Positions 30,001 to 45,000 of a DNA stretch of 64,000 nucleotides are shown here, piece by piece. Below the pieces are notes generated by a model. It had not been told where the DNA came from. It saw only the letters and a list, made by a program, of their open reading frames with translations, and did no database searches. Within the stretch, counting starts at the first letter, position 1, and the number at the start of each line of letters is the position of its first letter. A program made the position numbers and the translations under genes. Location of the stretch: the NCBI GenBank assembly GCA_964016885.1, contig OZ024744.1:94426001-94490000 (forward strand), written 5' to 3'. Origin of the DNA: Eledone cirrhosa. Its lineage: Eukaryota.

Positions 30001-33000
30001 TTAGAGTGTGGACTGGGAGCTTTTTGTCGTGACACCAACACAACCACTTCACAGTGTGGGCTGGGTGCTTTTTGTCATGACACCAACACAACCACTTAAC
30101 AGTGTGGACTGGGTGCTTTTTGTCGTGACACTAACACAACCACTTTACAGTGTGGGCTGGGTGCTTTTTGTTGTGACACCTACACAACCACTTCACAGTG
30201 TGGGCTGGGTGCTTTTTGTCATGACACCAACACAATCACTTTACAGTGTGGACTGGGAGCTTTTTGTCGTGACACCAACACAACCACTTCACAGTGTGGG
30301 CTGGGTGCTTTTTGTCATGACACCAAAACAACCACTTTACAGTGTGGACTGGGTGCTTTTTGTCGTGACACTAACACAACCACTTTACAGTGTGGACTGG
30401 GTGCTTTTTGTCGTGACACTAACACAACCACTTTACAGTGTGGGCTGGGTGCTTTTTGTCATGACACCAACGCAACCACTTTACAGTGTGGGCTGGGTGC
30501 TTTTTTTCGTGACACGAACACAACCACTTTACAGTGTGGACTGGGTGCTTTTTGTCGTGACACCAACACAACCACTTTACAGTGTGGACTGGCTGCTTTT
30601 TGTCGTGACACTAACACAACCACTTTACAGTGTGGGCTGGTCACTTTTTGTTGTGACACCAACACAACCACTTTACAGTGTGGACTGGGTGCTTTTTGTC
30701 GTGACACCAACACAACCACTTTACAGTGTGGGCTGGGTGCTTGTTGTCGTGACACCAACACAACCACTTTACAGTGTGGGCTGGGTGCTTTTTGTCGTGA
30801 CACCAACACAACCACTTTACAGTGTGGACTGGGTGCTTTTTGTCATGACACTAATACAACCACTTTACAGTGTGGGCTGGGTACTTTTTGTCATGACACT
30901 AATACAACCACTTTACAGTGTGGGCTGGGTGCTTTTTGTCATGACACCTACATGACCACCTTACAGTGTGGAATGGTTGCTTTTTGTCGTGACACCAACA
31001 CAACCACCTTACAGTGTGGGCTGGGTGCTTTTTGTCGTAACACCAACGCAACCACTTTACAGCGTGGGCTTGGTGCTTTTTGTCGCGACACCAACACAAC
31101 CACTTTACAGTGTGGACTGGGTGCTTTTTGTTGTGACACCTACACAACCACTTCACAGTGTAGGCTGGGTGCTTTTTGTCATGACACCAACACAACCACT
31201 TTACAGTGTGGACTGGGAGCTTTTTGTCGTGACACTAACACAAACACTTTACAGTGTGGGCTGGGTGCTTTTTGTTGTGACACCTACAAAACCACTTCAC
31301 AGTGTGGGCTGGGTGCTTTTTGTCATGACACCAACACAACCACTTTACAGTGTGGACTGGGAGCTTTTTGTCGTGACACCAACACAACCACTTCACAGTG
31401 TGGGCTGGGTGCTTTTTGTCATGACACCAACACAACCACTTTACAGTGTGGACTGGGTGCTTTTTGTCGTGACACTAACACAACCACTTTACAGTGTGGA
31501 CTGGGAGCTTTTTGTCGTGACACCAACACAACCACTTTACAGTGTGGGCTGGGTGCTTTTTGTCGTGACACCAACGCAACCACATTACAGTGTGGGCTGG
31601 GTGCTTTTTGTCGTGACACGAACACAACCACTTTACAGTGTGGACTGGGTGCTTTTTGTCGTGACACCAACACAACCACTTTACAGTGTGGGCTGGGTGC
31701 CTTCTGTCGTGACATCAACACAACCACTTTACAGTGTGGACTGGGTGCTTTTTGTCGTGACACTAACACAACCACTTTACAGTGTGGGCTGGGTGCTTTT
31801 TGTCGTGACACCAACACAAACACTTTACAGTGTGGACTGGGTGCTTTTTGTCATGACACCAACACAACCACTTTACAGTGTGGGCTGGGTGCTTTTTGTC
31901 GTGACACAAACACAACCACTTTACAGTGTGGGCTGGGTGCTTTTTGTCATGACACCTACATGACCACCTTACAGTGTGGGCTGGGTGCCTTCTGTCGTGA
32001 CACCAACACAACCACTTTACAGTGTGGGCTGGGTGCTTTTTGTCGTGACACCAACACAACCACTTTACAGTGTGGACTGGGTGCTTTTTGTCGTGACACC
32101 AACACAACCACTTTAGAGTGTGGACTGGGTGCTTTTTGTCGTGACACTTACATGACCACTTTACAGTGTAGGCTGGATGCTTTTTGTCGTGACACCAACA
32201 CAACCACTTTACAGTGTGGACTGGGTGCTTTTTGTCGTGACACCAACACAACCACTTCACAGTGTGGGCTGGGTGCTTTTTGTCATGACACCAACACAAC
32301 CACTTTACAGTGTGGACTGGGTGCTTTTTGTCGTGACACTAACACAACCACTTTACAGTGTGGGCTGGGTGCTTTTTGTTGTGACACCTACACAACCACT
32401 TCACAGTGTTGGCTGGGTGCTTTTTGTCATGACACCAACACAACCACTTTACAGTGTGGACTGGGAGCTTTTTGTCGTGACACCAACACAACCACTTCAC
32501 AGTGTGGGCTGGGTGCTTTTTGTCATGACACCAAAACAACCACTTTACAGTGTGGACTGGGTGCTTTTTGTCGTGACACTAACACAACCACTTTACAGTG
32601 TGGACTGGGAGCTTTTTGTCGTGACACCAACACAACCACTTTACAGTGTGGGCTGGGTGCTTTTTGTCATGACACCAACGCAACCACTTTACAGTGTGGG
32701 CTGGGTGCTTTTTTTCGTGACACGAACACAACCACTTTACAGTGTGGACTGGGTGCTTTTTGTCGTGACACCAACACAACCACTTTACAGTGTGGACTGG
32801 CTGCTTTTTGTCGTGACACTAACACAACCACTTTACAGTGTGGGCTGGTCACTTTTTGTCGTGACACCAACACAACCACTTTACAGTGTGGACTGGGTGC
32901 TTTTTGTCGTGACACCAACACAACCACTTTACAGTGTGGGCTGGGTGCTTTTTGTCGTGACACCAACACAACCACTTTACAGTGTGCGCTGGGTGCTTTT

Positions 33001-36000
33001 TGTCGTGACACCAACACAACCACTTTACAGTGTGGACTGGGTACTTTTTGTCATGACACTAATACAACCACTTTACAGTGTGGGCTGGGTGCTTTTTGTC
33101 ATGACACCTACATGACCACCTTACAGTGTGGAATGGGTGCTTTTTGTCGTGACACCAACACAACCACCTTACAGTGTGGGCTGGGTGCTTTTTGTCGTGA
33201 CACCAACGCAACCACTTTACAGCGTGGGCGTGGTGCTTTTTGTCGCGACACCAACACAACCACTTTACAGTGTGGACTGGGTGCTTTTTGTTGTGACACC
33301 TTCACAACCACTTCACAGTGTGGGCTGGGTGCTTTTTGTCATGACACCAACACAACCACTTTACAGTGTGGACTGGGAGCTTTTTGTCGTGACACCAACA
33401 CAACCACTTCACAGTGTGGGCTGGGTGCTTTTTGTCATGACACCAAAACAACCACTTTACAGTGTGGACTGGGTGCTTTTTGTCGTGACACTAACACAAC
33501 TACTTTACAGTGTGGACTGGGATCTTTTTGTCGTGACACCAACACAAACACTTTACAGTGTGGGCTGGGTGCTTTTTGTCATGACACCAACGCAACCACT
33601 TTACAGTGTGGGCTGGGTGCTTTTTTTCGTGACACGAACACAACCACTTTACAGTGTGGACTGGGTGCTTTTTGTCGTGACACCAACACAATCACTTTAC
33701 AGTGTGGACTGGCTGCTTTTTGTCGTGACACTAACACAACCACTTTACAGTGTGGGCTGGTCACTTTTTGTCGTGACACCAACACAACCACTTTACAGTG
33801 TGGGCTGGGTGCTTTTTGTTGTGACACCTTCACAACCACTTCACAGTGTGGGCTGGGTGCTTTTTGTCATGACACCAACACAACCACTTTACAGTGTGGA
33901 CTGGGAGCTTTTTGTCGTGACACCAACACAACCACTTCACAGTGTGGGCTGGGTACTTTTTGTCATGACACCAACACAACCACTTTACAGTGTGGACTGG
34001 GTGCTTTTTGTCGTGACACTAACACAACCACTTTACAGTGTGGACTGGGAGCTTTTTGTCGTGACACCAACACAACCACTTTACAGTGTGGGCTGGGTGC
34101 TTTTTGTCGTGACACCAACGCAACCACATTACAGTGTGGGCTGGGTGCTTTTTGTCGTGACACGAACACAACCACTTTACAGTGTGGACTGGGTGCTTTT
34201 TGTCGTGACACCAACACAACCACTTTACAGTGTGGGCTGGGTGCTTTCTGTCGTGACATCAACACAACCACTTTACAGTGTGGACTGGGTGCTTTTTGTC
34301 GTGACACTAACACAACCACTTTACAGTGTGGGCTGGGTGCTTTTTGTCGTGACACCAACACAAACACTTTACAGTGTGGGCTGGGTGCTTTTTGTCGTGA
34401 CACCAACACAACCACTTTACAGTGTGGGCTGGGTGTTTTTGTCATGACACCTACATGACCACCTTACAGTGTGGGCTGGGTGCCTTCTGTCGTGACACCA
34501 ACACAACCACTTTACAGTGTGGGCTGGGTGCTTTTTGTCGTGACACCAACACAACCACTTTACAGTGTGGACTGGGTGCTTTTTGTCGTGACACCAACAC
34601 AACCACTTTAGAGTGTGGACTGGGTGCTTTTTGTCGTGACACTTACATGACCACTTTACAGTGTAGGCTGGATGCTTTTTGTCGTGACACCAACACAACC
34701 ACTTTACAGTGTGGACTGGGTGCTTTTTGTCGTGACACCAACACAACCACTTTACAGTGTGGAGTGGGTGCTTTTTGTCATGACACCAACGCAACGACTT
34801 TGCAGTGTGGGCTGGGAGCTTTTTGTCGTGACACCAACACAACCACTTCACAGTGTGGGCTGGGTGCTTTTTGTCATGACACCAACACAACCACTTTACA
34901 GTGTGGACTGGGTGGTTTTTGTCGTGACACTAACACAACCACTTTACAGTGTGGGCTGGGTGATTTTGTTGTGACAGCTACACAACCACTTCACAGTGTG
35001 GGCTGGGTGCTTTTTGTCATGACACCAACACAACCACTTTACAGTGTGGACTGGGAGCTTTTTGTCGTGACACCAACACAACCACTTCACAGTGTGGGCT
35101 GGGTGCTTTTTGTCATGACACCAAAACAACCACTTTACAGTGTGGACTGGGTGCTTTTTGTCGTGACACTAACACAACCACTTTACAGTGTGGACTGGGA
35201 GCTTTTTGTCATGACACCAACACAACCACTTTACAGTGTGGGCTGGGTGCTTTTTGTCATGACACCAACGCAACCACTTTACAGTGTGGGCTGGGTGCTT
35301 TTTGTCGTGACACGAACACAACCACTTTACAGTGTGGACTGGGTGCTTTTTGTCGTGACACCAACACAACCACTTTACAGTGTGGACTGGGTGCTTTTTG
35401 TCATGACACCAACGCAACGACTTTGCAGTGTGGACTGGGAGCTTTTTGTCGTGACACCAACACAACCACTTCACAGTGTGGGCTGGGTGCTTTTTGTCAT
35501 GACACCAACACAACCACTTTACAGTGTGGACTGGGTGCTTTTTGTCGTGACACTAACACAACCACTTTACAGTGTGGGCTGGGTGCTTTTTGTCGTGACA
35601 CCAACACAAACACTTTACAGTGTGGACTGGGTGCTTTTTGTCATGACACCAACACAACCACTTTACAGTGTGGGCTGGGTGCTTTTTGTCGTGACACAAA
35701 CACAACCACTTTACAGTGTGGGCTGGGTGCTTTTTGTCATGACACCTACATGACCACCTTACAGTGTGGGCTGGGTGCCTTCTGTCGTGACACCAACACA
35801 ACCACTTTACAGTGTGGGCTGGGTGCTTTTTGTCGTGACACCAACACAATCACTATACAGTGTGGACTGGGTGCTTTTTGTCATGACACCAACACAACGA
35901 CTTTGCAGTGTGGACTGGGAGCTTTTGGTCGTGACACCAACACAACCACTTCACAGTGTGGGCTGGGTGCTTTTTGTTGTGACACCTACACAACCACTTC

Positions 36001-39000
36001 ACAGTATGGGCTGGGTGCTTTTTGTCATGACACCAAAACAACCACTTTACAGTGTGGACTGGGTGCTTTTTGTCGTGACACTAACACAACCACTTTACAG
36101 TGTGGACTGGGAGCTTTTTGTCGTGACACCAACACAACCACTTTACTGTGTGGGCTGGGTGCTTTTTGTCGTGACACCAACGCAACCACTTTACAGTGTG
36201 GGCTGGGTGCTTTTTGTCGTGACACGAACACAACCACTTTACAGTGTGGACTGGGTGCTTTTTGTCGTGACACCAACACAACCACTTTACAGTGTGGGCT
36301 GGGTGCTTTCTGTCATGACATCAACACAACCACTTTACAGTGTGGACTGGCTGCTTTTTGTCGTGACACTAACACAACCACTTTACAGTGTGGGCTGGGT
36401 GCTTTTTGTCGTGACACCAACACAACCACTTTACAGTGTGGACTGGGTGCTTTTTGTTGTGACACCAACACAACCACTTTACAGTGTGGACTGGGAGCTT
36501 TTTGTCGTGAGACCAACACAACCACTTTACAGTGTGGGCTGGGTGCTTTTTGTTGTGACACCAACACAACCACTTTACAGTGTGGGCTGGGTACTTTTTG
36601 TCATGACACTAATACAACCACTTTACAGTGTGGGCTGGGTGCTTTTTGTCGTGACACCAACACAATCACTTTACAGTGTGGACTGGGTGCTTTTTGTCGT
36701 GACACCAACACAACCACTTTACAGTGTGGGCTGGGTGCTTTTTGTCGTGACACCAACACAACCACTTTACAGTGTGGGCTGGGTGCTTTTTGTCATTACA
36801 CCTACATGACCACCTTACAGTGTGGAATGGGTGCTTTTTGTCGTGACACCAACACAACCACTTTACAGTGTGGGCTGGGTGCTTTTTGTCGTGACACGAA
36901 CACAACCACTTTACAGTGTGGACTGGGTGCTTTTTGTCGTGACACCAACACAACCACTTTACAGTGTGGGCTGGGTGCTTTCTGTCGTGACATCAACACA
37001 ACCACTTTACAGTGTGGACTGGGTGGTTTTTGTCATGACACCTACATGACCACCTTACAGTGTGGGCTGGGTGCTTTCTGTCGTGACACCAACACAACCA
37101 CTTTACAGTGTGGACTGGGTGCTTTTTGTCGTGACACCAACACAACCACTTTACAGTGTGGGCTGGGTGCTTTTTGTCGTGACACTTACATGACCACTTT
37201 ACAGTGTGGGCTGGGTGCTGTTTGTCATGACACCAACACAACCACTTTACAGTGTGGACTGGGTGCTTTTTGTCGTGACACTAACACAACCACTTTACAG
37301 TGTGGGCTGGGCGCTTTTTGTTGTGACACCTACACAACCACTTCACAGTGTGGGCTGGGTGCTTTTTGTCATGACACCAACACAACCACTTTACAGTGTG
37401 GACTGGGAGCTTTTTGTCGTGACACCAACACAACCACTTCACAGTGTGGGCTGGGTGCTTTTTGTCATGACACCAACACAACCACTTTACAGTGTGGGCT
37501 GGGTGCTTTTTGTCGTGACACCAACACAACCACTTTACAGTGTGGGCTGGGTGCTTTTTGTCGTGACACAAACACAGCCACTTTACAGTGTGGACTGGGA
37601 GCTTTTTGTCGTGACACCAACACAACCACTTTACAGTGTGGGCTGGGTGCTTTTTGTCGTGACACCAACGCAACCACATTACAGTGTGGGCTGGGTGCTT
37701 TTTGTCTTGACACGAACACAACCACTTTACAGTGTGGACTGGGTGCTTTTTGTCGTGACACCAACACAACCACTTTACAGTGTGGGCTGGGTGCTTTCTG
37801 TCGTGACATCAACACAACCACTTTACAGTGTGGACTGGGTGCTTTTTGTCGTGACACTAACACAACCACTTTACAGTGTGGGCTGGGTGCTTTTTGTCGT
37901 GACACCAACACAAACACTTTACAGTGTGGACTGGGTGCTTTTTGTCGTGACACCAACACAACCACTTTACAGTGTGGGCTGGGTGCTTTTTGTCGTGACA
38001 CGAACACAACCACTTTACAGTGTGGGCTGGGTGCTTTTTGTCATGACACCTACATGACCACCTTACAGTGTGGGCTGGGTGCCTTCTGTCGTGACACCAA
38101 CACAACCACTTTACAGTGTGGGCTGGGTGCTTTTTGTCGTGACACCAACACAACCACTTTACAGTGTGGACTGGGTGCTTTTTGTCGTGACACCAACACA
38201 ACCACTTTAGAGTGTGGACTGGGTGCTTTTTGTCGTGACACTTACATGACCACTTTACAGTGTAGGCTGGATGCTTTTTGTCGTGACACCAACACAACCA
38301 CTTTACAGTGTGGACTGGGTGCTTTTTGTCGTGACACCAACACAACCACTTCACAGTGTGGGCTGGGTGCTTTTTGTCATGACACCAACACAACCACTTT
38401 AGAGTGTGGACTGGGAGCTTTTTGTCGAGACACCAACACAACCACTTCACAGTGTGGGCTGGGTGCTTTTTGTCATGGCACCAACACAACCACTTTACAG
38501 TGTGGACTGGGTGCTTTTTGTCGTGACACTAACTCAACCACTTTACAGTGTGGGCTGGGTGCTTTTTGTTGTGACACCTACACAACCACTTCACAGTGTG
38601 GGCTGGGTGCTTTTTGTCATGACACCAACACAACCACTTTACAGTGTGGACTGGGAGCTTTTTGTCGTGACACCAACACAACCACTTCACAGTGTGGGCT
38701 GGGTGCTTTTTGTCATGACACCAAAACAACCACTTTACAGTGTGGACTGGGTGCTTTTTGTCGTGACACTAACACAACCACTTTACAGTGTGGACTGGGA
38801 GCTTTTTGTCGTGACACCAACACAACCACTTTACAGTGTGGGCTGGGTGCTTTTTGTCATGACACCAACGCAACCACTTTACAGTGTGGGCTGGGTGCTT
38901 TTTTTCGTGACACGAACACAACCACTTTACAGTGTGGACTGGGTGCTTTTTGTCGTGACACCAACACAACCACTTTACAGTGTGGACTGGCTGCTTTTTG

Positions 39001-42000
39001 TGGTGACACTAACACAACCACTTTACAGTGTGGGCTGGTCACTTTTTGTTGTGACACCAACACAACCACTTTACAGTGTGGACTGGGTGCTTTTTGTCGT
39101 GACACCAACACAACCACTTTACAGTGTGGGCTGGGTGCTTTTTGTTGTGACACCAACACAACCACTTTACAGTGTGGACTGGGTGCTTTTTGTCATGACA
39201 CTAATACAACCACTTTACAGTGTGGGCTGGGTACTTTTTGTCATGACACTAATACAACCACTTTACAGTGTGGGCTGGGTGCTTTTTGTCATGACACCTA
39301 CATGACCACCTTACAGTGTGGAATGGGTGCTTTTTGTCGTGACACCAACACAACCACCTTACAGTGTGGGCTGGGTGCTTTTTGTCGTGACACCAACGCA
39401 ACCACTTTACAGCGTGGGCTTGGTGCTTTTTGTCGCGACACCAACACAACCACTTTACAGTGTGGGCTGGGTGCTTTTTGTTGTGACACCTACACAACCA
39501 CTTCACAGTGTGGGCTGGGTGCTTTTTGTCATGACACCAACACAACCACTTTACAGTGTGGACTGGGAGCTTTTTGTCGTGACACTAACACAACCACTCT
39601 ACAGTGTGGGCTGGGTGCTTTTTGTTGTGACACCTACAGAACCACTTCACAGTGTGGGCTGGGTGCTTTTTGTCATGACACCAACACAACCACTTTACAG
39701 TGTGGACTGGGAGCTTTTTGTCGTGACACCAACACAACCACTTCACAGTGTGGGCTGGGTGCTTTTTGTCATGACACCAACACAACCACTTTACAGTGTG
39801 GACTGGGTGCTTTTTGTCGTGACACTAACACAACCACTTTACAGTGTGGACTGGGAGCTTTTTGTCGTGACACCAACACAACCACTTTACAGTGTGGGCT
39901 GGGTGCTTTTTGTCGTGACACCAACGCAACCACATTACAGTGTGGGCTGGGTGCTTTTTGTCGTGACACGAACACAACCACTTTACAGTGTGGACTGGGT
40001 GCTTTTTGTCGTGACACCAACACAACCACTTTACAGTGTGGGCTGGGTGCCTTCTGTCGTGACATCAACACAACCACTTTACAGTGTGGACTGGGTGCTT
40101 TTTGTCGTGACACTAACACAACCACTTTACAGTGTGGGCTGGGTGCTTTTTGTCGTGACACCAACACAAACACTTTACAGTGTGGACTGGGTGCTTTTTG
40201 TCGTGACACCAACACAACCACTTTACAGTGTGGGCTGGGTGCTTTTTGTCGTGACACAAACACAACCACTTTACAGTGTGGGCTGGGTGCTTTTTGTCAT
40301 GACACCTACATGACCACCTTACAGTGTGGGCTGGGTGCCTTCTGTCGTGACACCAACACAACCACTTTACAGTGTGGGCTGGGTGCTTTTTGTCGTGACA
40401 CCAACACAATCACTATACAGTGTGGACTGGGTGCTTTTTGTCATGACACCAACACAACGACTTTGCAGTGTGGACTGGGAGCTTTTGGTCGTGACACCAA
40501 CACAACCACTTCACAGTGTGGGCTGGGTGCTTTTTGTTGTGACACCTACACAACCACTTCACAGTATGGGCTGGGTGCTTTTTGTCATGACACCAAAACA
40601 ACCACTTTACAGTGTGGACTGGGAGCTTTTTGTCGTGACACCAACACAACCACTTCACAGTGTGGGCTGGGTGCTTTTTGTCATGACACCAACACAACCA
40701 CTTTACAGTGTGGACTGGGTGCTTTTTGTCGTGACACTAACACAACCACTTTACAGTGTGGACTGGGAGCTTTTTGTCGTGACACCAACACAACCACTTT
40801 ACTGTGTGGGCTGGGTGCTTTTTGTCGTGACACCAACGCAACCACTTTACAGTGTGGGCTGGGTGCTTTTTGTCGTGACACGAACACAACCACTTTACAG
40901 TGTGGACTGGGTGCTTTTTGTCGTGACACCAACACAACCACTTTACAGTGTGGGCTGGGTGCTTTCTGTCATGACATCAACACAACCACTTTACAGTGTG
41001 GACTGGCTGCTTTTTGTCGTGACACTAACACAACCACTTTACAGTGTGGGCTGGGTGCTTTTTGTCGTGACACCAACACAACCACTTTACAGTGTGGACT
41101 GGGTGCTTTTTGTTGTGACACCAACACAACCACTTTACAGTGTGGACTGGGAGCTTTTTGTCGTGACACCAACACAACCACTTTACAGTGTGGGCTGGGT
41201 GCTTTTTGTTGTGACACCAACACAACCACTTTACAGTGTGGGCTGGGTACTTTTTGTCATGACACTAATACAACCACTTTACAGTGTGGGCTGGGTGCTT
41301 TTTGTCGTGACACCAACACAATCACTTTACAGTGTGGAATGGGTGCTTTTTGTCGTGACACCAACACAACCACTTTACAGTGTGGGCTGGGTGCTTTTTG
41401 TCGTGACACCAACACAACCACTTTACAGTGTGGGCTGGGTGCTTTTTGTCATTACACCTACATGACCACCTTACAGTGTGGAATGGGTGCTTTTTGTCGT
41501 GACACCAACACAACCACTTTACAGTGTGGGCTGAGTGCTTTTTGTCGTGACACGAACACAACCACTTTACAGTGTGGACTGGGTGCTTTTTGTCGTGACA
41601 CCAACACAACCACTTTACAGTGTGGGCTGGGTGCTTTCTGTCGTGACATCAACACAACCACTTTACAGTGTGGACTGGGTGGTTTTTGTCATGACACCTA
41701 CATGACCACCTTACAGTGTGGGCTGGGTGCTTTCTGTCGTGACACCAACACAACCACTTTACAGTGTGGACTGGGTGCTTTTTGTCGTGACACCAACACA
41801 ACCACTTTACAGTGTGGGCTGGGTGCTTTTTGTCGTGACACTTACATGACCACTTTACAGTGTGGGCTGGGTGCTGTTTGTCATGACACCAACACAACCA
41901 CTTTACAGTGTGGACTGGGTGCTTTTTGTCGTGACACTAACACAACCACTTTACAGTGTGGGCTGGGCGCTTTTTGTTGTGACACCTACACAACCACTTC

Positions 42001-45000
42001 ACAGTGTGGGCTGGGTGCTTTTTGTCATGACACCAACACAACCACTTTACAGTGTGGACTGGGAGCTTTTTGTCGTGACACCAACACAACCACTTCACAG
42101 TGTGGGCTGGGTGCTTTTTGTCATGACACCAACACAACCACTTTACAGTGTGGGCTGGGTGCTTTTTGTCGTGACACCAACACAACCACTTTACAGTGTG
42201 GGCTGGGTGCTTTTTGTCGTGACACAAACACAGCCACTTTACAGTGTGGACTGGGAGCTTTTTGTCGTGACACCAACACAACCACTTTACAGTGTGGGCT
42301 GGGTGCTTTTTGTCGTGACACCAACGCAACCACATTACAGTGTGGGCTGGGTGCTTTTTGTCGTGACACGAACACAACCACTTTACAGTGTGGACTGGGT
42401 GCTTTTTGTCGTGACACCAACACAACCACTTTACAGTGTGGGCTGGGTGCTTTCTGTCGTGACATCAACACAACCACTTTACAGTGTGGACTGGGTGCTT
42501 TTTGTCGTGACACTAACACAACCACTTTACAGTGTGGGCTGGGTGCTTTTTGTCGTGACACCAACACAAACACTTTACAGTGTGGACTGGGTGCTTTTTG
42601 TCGTGACACCAACACAACCACTTTACAGTGTGGGCTGGGTGCTTTTTGTCGTGACACAAACACAACCACTTTACAGTGTGGGCTGGGTGCTTTTTGTCAT
42701 GACACCTACATGACCACCTTACAGTGTGGGCTGGGTGCCTTCTGTCGTGACACCAACACAACCACTTTACAGTGTGGGCTGGGTGCTTTTTGTCGTGACA
42801 CCAACACAACCACTTTACAGTGTGGACTGGGTGCTTTTTGTCGTGACACCAACACAACCACTTTAGAGTGTGGACTGGGTGCTTTTTGTCGTGATACTTA
42901 CATGACCACTTTACAGTGTAGGCTGGATGCTTTTTGTTGTGACACCTACACAACCACTTCACAGTGTGGGCTGGGTGCTTTTTGTCATGACACCAACACA
43001 ACCACTTTACAGTGTGGACTGGGAGCTTTTTGTCGTGACACCAACACAACCACTTCACAGTGTGGGCTGGGTGCTTTTTGTCATGACACCAAAACAACCA
43101 CTTTACAGTGTGGACTGGGTGCTTTTTGTCGTGACACTAACACAACCACTTTACAGTGTGGGCTGGGTGCTTTTTGTTGTGACACCTACACAACCACTTC
43201 ACAGTGTGGGCTGGGTGCTTTTTGTCATGACACCAACACAACCACTTTACAGTGTGGACTGGGAGCTTTTTGTCGTGACACCAACACAACCACTTCACAG
43301 TGTGGGCTGGGTGCTTTTTGTCATGACACCAAAACAACCACTTTACAGTGTGGACTGGGTGCTTTTTGTCGTGACACTAACACAACCACTTTACAGTGTG
43401 GACTGGGAGCTTTTTGTCGTGACACCAACACAACCACTTTACAGTGTGGGCTGGGTGCTTTTTGTCATGACACCAACGCAACCACTTTACAGTGTGGGCT
43501 GGGTGCTTTTTTTCGTGACACGAACACAACCACTTTACAGTGTGGACTGGGTGCTTTTTGTTGTGACACCAACACAACCACTTTACAGTGTGGCCTGGGT
43601 GCTTTTTGTCGTGACACCAACACAACCACTTTACAGTGTGGGCTGGGTGCTTTTTGTCGTGACACCAACACAACCACTTTACAGTGTGGGCTGGGTGCTT
43701 TTTGTTGTGACACCAACACAACCACTTTACAGTGTGGACTGGGTGCTTTTTGTCATGACACTAATACAACCACTTTACAGTGTGGGCTGGGTACTTTTTG
43801 TCATGACACTAATACAACCACTTTACAGTGTGGGCTGGGTGCTTTTTGTCATGACACCTACATGACCACCTTACAGTGTGGAATGGGTGCTTTTTGTCGT
43901 GACACCAACACAACCACCTTACAGTGTGGGCTGGGTGCTTTTTGTCGTGACACCAACGCAACCAATTTACAGCGTGGGCTTGGTGCTTTTTGTCGTGACA
44001 CCAACACAACCACTTTACAGTGTGGACTGGGTGCTTTTTGTTGTGACACCTACACAACCACTTCACAGTGTGGGCTGGGTGCTTTTTGTTATGACACCAA
44101 CACAACCACTTTACAGTGTGGACTGGGAGCTTTTCGTCGTGACACTAACACAACCACTTTACAGTGTGGGCTGGGTGCTTTTTGTTGTGACACCTACAGA
44201 ACCACTTCACAGTGTGGGCTGGGTGCTTTTTGTCATGACACCAACACAACCACTTTACAGTGTGGACTGGGAGCTTTTTGTCGTGACACCAACACAACCA
44301 CTTCACAGTGTGGGCTGGGTGCTTTTTGTCATGACACCAACACAACCACTTTACAGTGTGGACTGGGTGCTTTTTGTCGTGACACTAACACAACCACTTT
44401 ACAGTGTGGACTGGGAGCTTTTTGTCGTGACACCAACACAACCACTTTACAGTGTGGGCTGGGTGCTTTTTGTCGTGACACCAACGCAACCACATTACAG
44501 TGTGGGCTGGGTGCTTTTTGTCGTGACACGAACACAACCACTTTACAGTGTGGACTGGGTGCTTTTTGTCGTGACACCAACACAACCACTTTACAGTGTG
44601 GGCTGGGTGCCTTCTGTCGTGACATCAACACAACCACTTTACAGTGTGGACTGGGTGCTTTTTGTCGTGACACTAACACAACCACTTTACAGTGTGGGCT
44701 GGGTGCTTTTTGTCGTGACACCAACACAAACACTTTACAGTGTGGACTGGGTGCTTTTTGTCGTGACACCAACACAACCACTTTACAGTGTGGGCTGGGT
44801 GCTTTTTGTCGTGACACAAACACAACCACTTTACAGTGTGGGCTGGGTGCTTTTTGTCATGACACCTACATGACCACCTTACAGTGTGGGCTGGGTGCCT
44901 TCTGTCGTGACACCAACACAACCACTTTACAGTGTGGGCTGGGTGCTTTTTGTCGTGACACCAACACAACCACGTTACAGTGTGGACTGGGTGCTTTTTG